64,000 nucleotides of DNA, from assembly GCA_964518635.1 (NCBI GenBank), contig CAZFGK010000001.1, positions 71,085 through 135,084 on the forward strand, read 5' to 3'. The stretch is from an uncultured Ignavibacteriales bacterium (GTDB lineage: Bacteria > Zixibacteria > MSB-5A5 > GN15 > FEB-12). How positions within the stretch are numbered: position 1 is the stretch's first letter; every line of letters starts with the position of its first letter. The translations under genes and the position numbers were made by a program. Shown in pieces: positions 38,120-46,538 of this stretch. The notes under the pieces are model-generated. The model searched no databases. It saw only the letters and a program-made list of their open reading frames with translations, and had not been told where the DNA came from.

Positions 38120-39703
38120 ATGCGCAAGTTGATCTTGGGAGTATTGACAATGGTACTGGTTGCCGCGAGTGTCTCGCACTCAGCAGTACCTCCTGTCGTG
38201 AGCTATCAGGGACAGATTCTCGATTCGATCGGGACTCCGGTTCCGGATGGGTATTACAGTTTCACTTTTTCCATTTACGACGCACCTGTTGGTGGATTCT
38301 CTCTCTGGACTGAAGCACAGGATAGTGTCTTCGTAAAGGATGGATTCTTCTCGACACTGCTGGGTACGATCACCCCACTTACAGATTCCGTCTTTGGCGG
38401 AGCCAATCGTTATTTGCAAGTCGCACTTGATGGCGTGGTCCAATCCCCGCGCGCTCAGCTTACCTCTGTTGCCTATTCACTTCGCGTCGGCACCGTTGAT
38501 GGCTCCACCGGCGGTACGGTTTTCGGATCGATGACGATCGAAACCGAACCAAACGGCTCAAATGATCGCCCGTCTGCGGTTGTCCTTGGCGGCTCCACCT
38601 CTGGTGGCGGAATCGGCATCTATGAACCAGTCGACAACCGTGCCAATGGCGCGAATGTCGTTCTGAAAAAGATTCTCGAAATTAACTCAAACGGACTCAT
38701 CTTCTATGGTGACACTGAAGATGACACGACGTTGTTCTTTGAGTTGGATGGTGATATCACCGGTCTTGGTCAGATCACGATGGGACAAAATTCCAGCAGC
38801 GGCGATTCGACAACGGTCCTCGGCTACAGTAACACCGCCAGCGGAATCGGTTCGACTATCGGTGGTGGTTCACAAAACTCCAACAGCGGCTATTACGGAA
38901 CTATCGGCGGCGGCTATAACAATGAAGTCACCGGCGACTTTGCCACTATTCCGGGTGGAACTGACAATCTCGGTGGTGGAAATTACTCTCAGGCCGCAGG
39001 TCGTCGCGCAAAAGCAATCAACGGCGGTACCTTTGTCTGGGCTGATCAGACAGATGAAGATTTCGAATCGACCGGTGACAATCAGTTCCTGATTCGTGCC
39101 GGTGGTGGTGTTGGTATCAATACCAACAACCCACAGGGTGCTCTTGATGTTGCTGGTCCGGCAGAAGATGGTACGGTCAATCTTCCGGCCTCGTCGATTT
39201 CGGCGATTGAAACCGCCGACGAACCGGGGATCGCCTTCAAGAAAAATGTTGGGTCACTCCAATTGAATCAGAAAGCTGAAGAGATGCAGGAGTTGACTTC
39301 GGTTACTATTACAACGCCGGGGGCGGGATACATCATCGTTCGTGGTGGTGCCTATCTTCGCTCGATCTATACAGATCGTCGGAATCAGGCCTATCTCCAG
39401 ATCGACGACCAGCCGGGTGGCGCGCTGATTCCCGGCAACTATACCGTCGCTGGCTCCGGTGAAGCACCAAGCCCGAATGGTGAAGTCTTCAGCTCGATGA
39501 GCATGGAAGTGGTCTATGTCAAAGATGCCGGAACCTACACCTTCTATCTGGAAGCCCTCGCTCATCCGGACAACGGTCTCGCCGCTCGTACCTACATGAA
39601 CGACCCGTACCTGAGTGCCCTCTTTGTGGCGACTTCATACGGTGGTTCGCCTGAACCTGCTCGCGGCTTGCAGGAAGTTGGCAAGGAGACCTCTCCCCGA
39701 TAA
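38120..39703 (+). CDS. Secreted fibre/adhesin-like protein with YadA-head-like Gly-rich repeats
   Basis: Signal peptide MRKLILGVLTMVLVAASVSHS. N-terminal domain VSYQGQILDSIGTPVPDGYYSFTFSIYDAPVGGFSLWTE. Central NTASGIGSTIGGGSQNSNSGYYGTIGGGYNNEVTGDFATIPGG repeats, then FLIRAGGGVGINTNNPQGALDV. The last approximately 200 aa form an unrecognised C-terminal domain. The track start is TTG at 38105. Confidence 0.75.
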   Translation: MRKLILGVLTMVLVAASVSHSAVPPVVSYQGQILDSIGTPVPDGYYSFTFSIYDAPVGGFSLWTEAQDSVFVKDGFFSTLLGTITPLTDSVFGGANRYLQVALDGVVQSPRAQLTSVAYSLRVGTVDGSTGGTVFGSMTIETEPNGSNDRPSAVVLGGSTSGGGIGIYEPVDNRANGANVVLKKILEINSNGLIFYGDTEDDTTLFFELDGDITGLGQITMGQNSSSGDSTTVLGYSNTASGIGSTIGGGSQNSNSGYYGTIGGGYNNEVTGDFATIPGGTDNLGGGNYSQAAGRRAKAINGGTFVWADQTDEDFESTGDNQFLIRAGGGVGINTNNPQGALDVAGPAEDGTVNLPASSISAIETADEPGIAFKKNVGSLQLNQKAEEMQELTSVTITTPGAGYIIVRGGAYLRSIYTDRRNQAYLQIDDQPGGALIPGNYTVAGSGEAPSPNGEVFSSMSMEVVYVKDAGTYTFYLEALAHPDNGLAARTYMNDPYLSALFVATSYGGSPEPARGLQEVGKETSPR

Positions 39704-39744
39704 TCTGAACGAAACTCTGTACCATAGAGACTCGGTATACCCTG

Positions 39745-39780
39745 AAACGGGCTCATCTTCGGATGAGCCCGTTTTCTTTT
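39745..39780 (+). terminator. Rho-independent terminator
   Basis: 13-bp perfect stem AAACGGGCTCATC / GATGAGCCCGTTT with a TTCG loop and a T-rich tail. Confidence 0.85.
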
Positions 39781-39858
39781 CAGCATCTCTCAAAGAAATT
39801 TGCACCCAGCTTCATTTTCACTGACAGGTTCTGACAGGGGGGCCGCCGATGCTGTGGC

Positions 39859-41091
39859 ATGCCGGCCAAAACCAGACTCAGAAACCTTGAACGAGAAAAC
39901 AGAGAATCTCGTTTGGAGCCGAGAAAACGGGAAAGACGTTTTCTTCGTCTCAGGCGAATACCGGAACCTGTTCAGCTTTCCGAATCCAAGCTTCTCACCG
40001 TCATTGTTGATCACGGGAAACAGGAAGATTCCGCCTGGAAATCGATTGCGGATATCCAAAGAACCGTCGTGAAACTCGACAGTCGATTCTGGAACCACCC
40101 GATCTGGAACAAAGGGGGGCTACGGCTGATCAGAGCTATTGCATGGGGAACGAAACTCTGGTGGGTCAGTATCCGAACGAGAATTGACAGCCCAATAATC
40201 ACTTACGGCCACGAGCATGGCTTTGTCTTTGCCCTCTTGCAGTTGTTCGCTAGCCCAATCAAAGCGCGTCGCACACACTTGATGTTCGACCTTCTGCTCA
40301 TGCCCCCTCGCCCGGGTGCAATTGGACTACTTGATAGAGCAAAAATGCGTCTCTTTGACAAGGTCGTTGATGTTGCCGTAGTGTGGGGGAAACGGGATGT
40401 CCAGTCATTCGCGAAGTGGTATCACCTGAGCGAAGCAAAATTCATCTTTCATCATTATCACACCACTCTGAAAAATTTCGATATCACAATCAAGAATGGG
40501 GACTACATTTTCGCGGGGGGAAATTCTGCCCGTGACTATAAGACCGTCATTGAAGCCGTTGGTGATCTTGACGTACCCGTTTTTATCGCAACTACGGCAA
40601 GAGGTGTTGCTGAAATGGCTCAGCCATATCCGCATATCACCGTCAGGGGAGTAAGTGAGCAGGAGTTTCGGACACTGCTTGCAGGATGCCGGATATTTAT
40701 CGAAGCACATGACAAGGATTTCCCCCGCACATCCGGGCATCAGACCATGCTCAATGCCATGGCCTGCGGCAAACCGGTGGTAATCGCCGATCAGGTGAGC
40801 ACCGAGTGGTACATCAATGACCGGATCGACGGATTGGTGGTGCCGATTTCAGACCCTCATGCCATGAATCGCGCCATTTCTTCAATGCTGAAAGATGAAT
40901 CTCTTGCAAGTCGACTTGCTCAGAATGCCGTTGACAGATTCAGAGATGGAAAGTTTGAAATCCCGAGTACTCTGGCATCCGTTTACAGACTTGCACAGCG
41001 CGATCACTCACGTCAAAGCTTGACGCAAAATGGGAAACAGTCAGCAGATTTCAAGGCGTCAAACAGGATGGAAGCTGAACGACCGATTTGA
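39859..41091 (+). CDS. GT-B glycosyltransferase (GT1/GT4-like)
   Basis: The C-terminal half has the typical pattern (YIFAGGNSARDYKTVIEAV, RIFIEAH...SGHQTMLNAMACGKPVVIAD). The first approximately 45 codons are Arg/Glu-rich and atypical, so the true start is uncertain. An in-frame TTG lies inside that region. Confidence 0.7.
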   Translation: MPAKTRLRNLERENRESRLEPRKRERRFLRLRRIPEPVQLSESKLLTVIVDHGKQEDSAWKSIADIQRTVVKLDSRFWNHPIWNKGGLRLIRAIAWGTKLWWVSIRTRIDSPIITYGHEHGFVFALLQLFASPIKARRTHLMFDLLLMPPRPGAIGLLDRAKMRLFDKVVDVAVVWGKRDVQSFAKWYHLSEAKFIFHHYHTTLKNFDITIKNGDYIFAGGNSARDYKTVIEAVGDLDVPVFIATTARGVAEMAQPYPHITVRGVSEQEFRTLLAGCRIFIEAHDKDFPRTSGHQTMLNAMACGKPVVIADQVSTEWYINDRIDGLVVPISDPHAMNRAISSMLKDESLASRLAQNAVDRFRDGKFEIPSTLASVYRLAQRDHSRQSLTQNGKQSADFKASNRMEAERPI

Positions 41092-41146
41092 TCAACTCTG
41101 CGCTGCGACATTGCATGACGATCTAGTTTTGGTTACGTTTCGAGAT

Positions 41147-42574
41147 ATGTATCTCCAGCAACTCTCTGACCGGAAACTCGCTCAACATGCCTATCTGCTC
41201 GGCTGCGAATCGACCAAACAGGCGATCCTGATCGACCCGGAACGGGATATCGATCGGTATCTCGAAACGGCAAAGTCACTCGGCTTGACGATCATAGCCG
41301 CAGCAGAAACACACATCCACGCCGACTATCTCTCCGGGCTTCGTCAATGTGCCGAAGCCGGGATGAAGATCTATGCCTCAGGCGCAGGTGGCAAAGACTG
41401 GCAGTATTTCTGGCTGATCAATTCAAACTATTCGCATCAGATTGTACAACATGCTGATTCGATCAGCGTCGGCACGATTCGTTTGGATGTGATCCACACT
41501 CCGGGACACACACCTGAGCATCTGTCGTTTCTGATCTTTGAAACTCAGCGGGATGCGCAGACTCCGCTGGCGATTATCAGTGGTGATTTTCTCTTTGTCG
41601 GTGATCTCGGTCGCCCGGATCTGCTGGAGACCGCAGCTGGTATTGAAGGAACGATGCGCTCATCAGCGGCCGCACTCTACCAGTCGCTTCAGCGGGCGAG
41701 AACTCTGATACCATCACTGCTTGTGCTTCCGAATCATTCCGCCGGTAGTAGCTGTGGAAAAGCGATGAGCCAAACGACTCTTTCGACTCTTGGCTATGAG
41801 CTGATGTCGAACCCGACGATCAAGGCAGCAAGTAGTGAATCTGCCTTTGTCGATTTCATTCTCGCCGGACAGAGCGAGCCGCCGCCGTATTTCGCACGAA
41901 TGAAGGATGAAAATCGTCAGGGACCCGCAATTCTCACCTCACTCCCCATACCGAAGCAGTTGAGTGCATCAGAACTCTCTCAGCTTGCGGCGAAAGACAT
42001 GGTCATTCTGGATACGCGCTCGTGGGAGGAATACCGACAGAAGCGATTCCGTGGTGCTCTCTTTGCGCCGCTTGAAAAAGAGTTTCCGACTCTGGTCGGT
42101 TCGTATGTCGAGCCACATGAGCGAATCTGCCTCGTGGTTGAAGAATCAAGAATAGAGGAGGCGGTCAGAGATTGTATTCGCGTAGGTCTGGATCAAATTC
42201 CATATTTTGTGAATCCGACTCTTTTGGCTTCACTCCCTTCTTCTGACCTGCTCACGACGGGAACTACGGAGTTTCCGATGGCTGAACTTGAAGTCAGACG
42301 TCTTTTACCTGATACTTTTCTGCTCGACGTGCGCAAAGGAGTAGAATTGATTGAAACAGGAAGAATCAAAGAAGCGGGCAATATTCCGCATGTGCAGATT
42401 CGTTCGAGAAGTTCTGAACTGCCACGTGAAAAAAATATTCACCTCTGGTGTCGTACGGGGAACCGCTCACGATTTGCTTACAGCATGCTTGAATGTCTCG
42501 GCTTTCGTGTGACGCTTCTGGATGGTGGCATCGCTGCCTGGCAGGAGCAACAGAGGGAGTTGATTCTTTCGTAG
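41147..42574 (+). CDS. MBL-fold hydrolase fused to two rhodanese-like domains (persulfide dioxygenase/sulfurtransferase-type architecture)
   Basis: MBL motif ETHIHADYLSG plus HTPGHTPEH. The C-terminal rhodanese active-site loop is CRTGNRS. The start is placed at MYLQQL (41147). Confidence 0.8.
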   Translation: MYLQQLSDRKLAQHAYLLGCESTKQAILIDPERDIDRYLETAKSLGLTIIAAAETHIHADYLSGLRQCAEAGMKIYASGAGGKDWQYFWLINSNYSHQIVQHADSISVGTIRLDVIHTPGHTPEHLSFLIFETQRDAQTPLAIISGDFLFVGDLGRPDLLETAAGIEGTMRSSAAALYQSLQRARTLIPSLLVLPNHSAGSSCGKAMSQTTLSTLGYELMSNPTIKAASSESAFVDFILAGQSEPPPYFARMKDENRQGPAILTSLPIPKQLSASELSQLAAKDMVILDTRSWEEYRQKRFRGALFAPLEKEFPTLVGSYVEPHERICLVVEESRIEEAVRDCIRVGLDQIPYFVNPTLLASLPSSDLLTTGTTEFPMAELEVRRLLPDTFLLDVRKGVELIETGRIKEAGNIPHVQIRSRSSELPREKNIHLWCRTGNRSRFAYSMLECLGFRVTLLDGGIAAWQEQQRELILS

Positions 42575-42596
42575 AGGTGCAAATCTCTGAAACAAG

Positions 42597-42626
42597 AAAA
42601 CGGCCAGCATCCTTGCTGGCCGTTTT
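42597..42626 (+). terminator. Rho-independent terminator
   Basis: AAAACGGCCAGCA-TCCT-TGCTGGCCGTTTT. Confidence 0.85.
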
Positions 42627-42741
42627 GCTACTTCCTAATAACGACCGAGTGATACATTTGGACACCTGCCGAACTGAAAATTAGCACACTAAAACGTGAT
42701 GCTTTGACACGGAGCAATTTCAGGCGTACGTTCAATCTGCC

Positions 42742-44190
42742 ATGTCAGAAACAGTTCCACTTCAGTCAGAATTTCGTCGACCAGTTGCCTCCGGGACCTT
42801 CTATCCTGCCAATCCGGTCGAACTCGCCAAGCAGGTCGCCTCATTCTATGCCGATGTAGAAAAGCACCCGCTTTCCTCACGGCCGACTGCTCTTGTCGTT
42901 CCTCATTCCGCCTATCCCTATTGCGGAAAAATTGCCGCTCGGGCATTCAAGCTGCTTGAAGGGGAGCAGTATGACACGGTCGTGATTGTATCGCCTGCGC
43001 ATGCAGTCTTTTTTGAAGGGGCGTCTGTTTATACCGGAAGAGGATATGCAACTCCCCTCGGTTCCATTGATACCGACATAGCTTTGGCTGAAAAAATTGC
43101 AGGGTTGAATCCCAAGGTATACGCTTCACAGATGGGGCATGCAACCGGCTCCACTCGTGGTGAACATTCACTCGAGGTACTCCTTCCGTTTCTTCAGATT
43201 GTCCTCGGAAAATTCAAGTTGGTCGCCATCATGATGGGGGAGCAAGATGAGTCAACCAGCCGTGCGCTCGGCGATATTCTTGCCGCAACCACTGCGAACA
43301 CGAATACGCTCCTGATCGCAAGCACCGACCTTTCACACTTCCACTCCGAACAACAGGCAAGAAAGCTGGACGCAACTGTCCGACACTCGCTGGAAACTTT
43401 CGACCCGCAGATGCTGCTGACTTCACTTGAGACAGGTGCGGCCGAGGCCTGTGGCGGAGGTGGACTGGCGGCAATCATGCTTGCCTCCCGGCGACTTGGT
43501 GCGACTACTGTTTCGCTGCTGGACTATGCAACTTCAGGACAAACGACCGGTGATTTTGATGATGTCGTCGGATATCTCAGTGCCGCCCTGGTCAGTGTTC
43601 CTGTCGAAAAACATAAGATCATTCTCAACACTCCCAGACGAGATCGAGTCAAAACACCAGAAGACCTGACTGCAGATGACCGCGCATTCCTTCGCGTCCA
43701 GGCGAATGCAGCACTGGAAGCGAGATTCGCCGGTAGTGAATACAAACCAGAACAACGAGATCCACTTGCCTCATCGCTTGGGGTCTTTGTGAGTGTATCA
43801 GTCGCTGGACAATATCGGGAACCGTATGGGCGCCTTCGCCCTGATATGCCCCTGTATGAATCAGTTCCAACATTTGCAGTGGGTGCAATATTTGAAGACC
43901 CTCGCCATGCCCCGATCAGTCCCGAGCAATATGCGCACACCAATCTTGAGATCTTTGTGATCTCGCCATTGATTCGTCTTCCTAAGCATACTGATTTTCA
44001 AATAGGAACGAACGGCATCCTCTTGCGGCTCGATATGCACACTGCCTTATTGCTCCCTTCTGAGATTTCCCGTCGTGGATGGAGCGCGACCGAAACACTT
44101 GAGCAGCTTTCGCTCAATGCTGGTCTTGCTCGTACGGGATATCTTGACAAACAGGCCGAGCTCTATCGCTTCACGATTGCGACTGTGTAG
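42742..44190 (+). CDS. Memo-like (AmmeMemoRadiSam system protein B) fused to a divergent AMMECR1-like domain
   Basis: N-terminal RRPVASGTFYPANP, PHSAYPYCG and STDLSHFH match the Memo family. The C-terminal approximately 180 aa resemble AMMECR1 (LGVFVSVS..., DPRHAP, LLLPSE). However, REPYGRL stands where LRGCIG is expected. Confidence 0.8.
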   Translation: MSETVPLQSEFRRPVASGTFYPANPVELAKQVASFYADVEKHPLSSRPTALVVPHSAYPYCGKIAARAFKLLEGEQYDTVVIVSPAHAVFFEGASVYTGRGYATPLGSIDTDIALAEKIAGLNPKVYASQMGHATGSTRGEHSLEVLLPFLQIVLGKFKLVAIMMGEQDESTSRALGDILAATTANTNTLLIASTDLSHFHSEQQARKLDATVRHSLETFDPQMLLTSLETGAAEACGGGGLAAIMLASRRLGATTVSLLDYATSGQTTGDFDDVVGYLSAALVSVPVEKHKIILNTPRRDRVKTPEDLTADDRAFLRVQANAALEARFAGSEYKPEQRDPLASSLGVFVSVSVAGQYREPYGRLRPDMPLYESVPTFAVGAIFEDPRHAPISPEQYAHTNLEIFVISPLIRLPKHTDFQIGTNGILLRLDMHTALLLPSEISRRGWSATETLEQLSLNAGLARTGYLDKQAELYRFTIATV

Positions 44191-44423
44191 TCTACCTGCA
44201 GCCAGAGAGAGCGGAGACAAAAATCTCTGATTCTTGATAGTAGATGTTGTCCTACGAATCTCCTGTCAGCAGGAGTCTTCACTCTCTTCCGTTTGATCAG
44301 AATCTGCTGCCGTAGAGACTTGTTTCAACACGAAACAGTTTCTCAACTCCGGATGACGCGCTTGGCGATCGTCCCTTTTTTTCATCAGAAGTAACTATGA
44401 GCATCTCGACTTCTCTTGTTTCC

Positions 44424-44431
44424 GCCGATAA
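44424..44431 (+). promoter_or_regulatory. Candidate sigma-28 -10 element upstream of the chemoreceptor gene
   Basis: Perfect GCCGATAA 100 nt upstream of the MCP ATG. No good TAAA lies at -35. Confidence 0.4.
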
Positions 44432-44530
44432 TTGGGACGACAAGAGTAACAATCGCTTTCTGTATCGGAGTCGATTGCATCAACCTGAAGTGTATTCCAT
44501 ACTTGAAAGAGCAGAGGGAGAGAGATTTTC

Positions 44531-46294
44531 ATGCATCTAAGTTTACGCGGAAAGCTCCTGGCCGGAACTGGAATCATCCTTGTTCTGATGCTCTTAGTTG
44601 GCGGTGTGGGACTTTTTCTCAGCAACGAAACGATGACATTTGCTGAGGAAAAAATGGAGTCGGTCTTTGCTTCGTCGGATGGAGCAATGGAAAGTCGCGG
44701 AAATTATCTCCATGCTGTCTGGGCGATACAAGATGCTCATCGCGCAACTGAATCCAGTCAACGTGAATCTGCCCATGAGAGATTCATCTCGGCAATGAGT
44801 GACTTCGAGAACACCTTTGATGAACTCAAAAGTTCAGAGGTTTGCCCGGAAGGACTTGTTCAGAAGATGGAGTCAGCAAGCGAAGCGTTTCAGAAGGCAG
44901 GGGATGCCTACTTCTCCATGCTTCGTGAGCGAAGAAGCGGTTCGTCCCTTGGAGCAACGATTTTGAATGCACAAATGGATGAATGTCTTCTTCTTGCCAC
45001 TCGTCTCGATGAGGTCATGGAAGTGATTGAAGAAGGCGGTCAGGGTTTCGAAGGGACCGATGCATTCAGCGGTAGAACGGTCAGCGAACTCGTAACGCAT
45101 ACTGCCAACTCCAGACTAGTTCTGATCATCATGCTGGCAATTGGACTCGTCCTCGGCGTGACAATCTCCTTCTTGCTGGCAAGGAATATTGTTTTGCCAA
45201 TCAGGGCAGTCACCGAAGCGGCGACATCCCTTGCTGAGGGTAATCTGGACACCAAGCTCGATGATTCCCGAACTGATGAAATTGGTCAGTTAGCGAGGGG
45301 GATGAACTCAGTGCAAGAGTACATGGGTGAGCTTGCAGGCGTTGCCGAAAAAATGAGTGCGCATGATCTTCGAGTTACTCTCACCGCCCGCTCGACCAAA
45401 GACCGGCTTGGCAATTCATTCATCAAAATGGCCGACAATTTGCGCGAGATTATTCGCAATCTCCATGGAAGTGCAACCGAATTACAGGCCGCCGCTGAAC
45501 AGATCGGCCGGACGGCGCATGCCATGTCGAACGGGTCGCAGGATCAATCAGAACGATTCAATCAAATTGCCGCTGCTGTTGAAGAAATTACCGTGAATAT
45601 AACGGAAGCGTCTCGTAACGCTGAATCAATCAGCATGGCCTCGCGGGACGCCTCTACTACGGCAACTGATGGTGGACAGATTGTCGCCGAGACGGTTCGC
45701 GGGATGGTTGATATTTCGGTTGTCGTTGCAGATTCTGCAAAAGCCATGGGCGACCTCGCAGACTCTGCCAACAAGATCGGGGAGATTATCAGTGTCATTG
45801 ATGACATTGCCGACCAGACCAACTTGCTTGCCTTAAACGCTGCAATCGAAGCCGCTCGCGCAGGAGAACAAGGACGTGGCTTTGCCGTCGTTGCGGATGA
45901 AGTTCGTAAACTTGCCGAGCGTACCTCCAAAGCAACCGGCGAGATTTCTGGCATGATTCGTGAGATTCAAAAACGGACTGGCAATGCGGTCTCCTCCATG
46001 CAAAGTGCGAGTATCAAAGTCGATGACGGAAAAGCACTCACCGACAAAGCCGGCTCAGCTCTCTCTGAAATCGTCTCGATGTCGGATCGAATGGTCGCGA
46101 TGATTACGCAGATGGCTCAGTCAGCGAGCCAACAAGCACAGGCGGCGAGTGAAATAAGCCAGAATATCTCGCAAGTCTCTGTCACAACCGAACAGACCGC
46201 CAGAGATAGTGCTGATTCTCTTCAGGCATCGAATCGACTGAGTGAGCAGGCACGTTCACTTCGATCGATTGTAGATCGATTCGTCGTCTCGTAA
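44531..46294 (+). CDS. Methyl-accepting chemotaxis protein
   Basis: N-terminal TM segment, periplasmic helical sensor, second TM segment, HAMP ([21 protein letters not shown]). The highly conserved signalling hairpin is present ([40 protein letters not shown]). Confidence 0.92.
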   Translation: MHLSLRGKLLAGTGIILVLMLLVGGVGLFLSNETMTFAEEKMESVFASSDGAMESRGNYLHAVWAIQDAHRATESSQRESAHERFISAMSDFENTFDELKSSEVCPEGLVQKMESASEAFQKAGDAYFSMLRERRSGSSLGATILNAQMDECLLLATRLDEVMEVIEEGGQGFEGTDAFSGRTVSELVTHTANSRLVLIIMLAIGLVLGVTISFLLARNIVLPIRAVTEAATSLAEGNLDTKLDDSRTDEIGQLARGMNSVQEYMGELAGVAEKMSAHDLRVTLTARSTKDRLGNSFIKMADNLREIIRNLHGSATELQAAAEQIGRTAHAMSNGSQDQSERFNQIAAAVEEITVNITEASRNAESISMASRDASTTATDGGQIVAETVRGMVDISVVVADSAKAMGDLADSANKIGEIISVIDDIADQTNLLALNAAIEAARAGEQGRGFAVVADEVRKLAERTSKATGEISGMIREIQKRTGNAVSSMQSASIKVDDGKALTDKAGSALSEIVSMSDRMVAMITQMAQSASQQAQAASEISQNISQVSVTTEQTARDSADSLQASNRLSEQARSLRSIVDRFVVS

Positions 46295-46538
46295 GAGTCG
46301 GCCATCCATAAGCCCCCCCTCTCAATGCAAATTTCGGCCCTGTTTTCAGAGCCGTTTTTGCTTCTGTTAAGCCGACTCATTTTGACCAATTTTCAAGAGA
46401 GAAAAGAGCTTTTTCTGTTTGTTGTTTTCATAGCAGAAACGGCCTATCCTTCCCCTTCCAAAAACAGGTTCAGAAAGCCCTGCGGTATCCCCCATTTTTG
46501 AGGGCTTTCCCGCAGGGATTGAAGGGTAAGGAGATTCG

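Noticed and set aside
39790-40098. Overlapping ORFs (39790..40098 on the minus strand, 39800..40072 on the plus strand) at the 5' end of the GT1 gene, raising the question of a frameshifted pseudogene.
   Set aside because: The GT1 frame is continuous from 39859 to 41091 with an intact C-terminal catalytic half. Only the start codon is uncertain, and I see no evidence of a frameshift.
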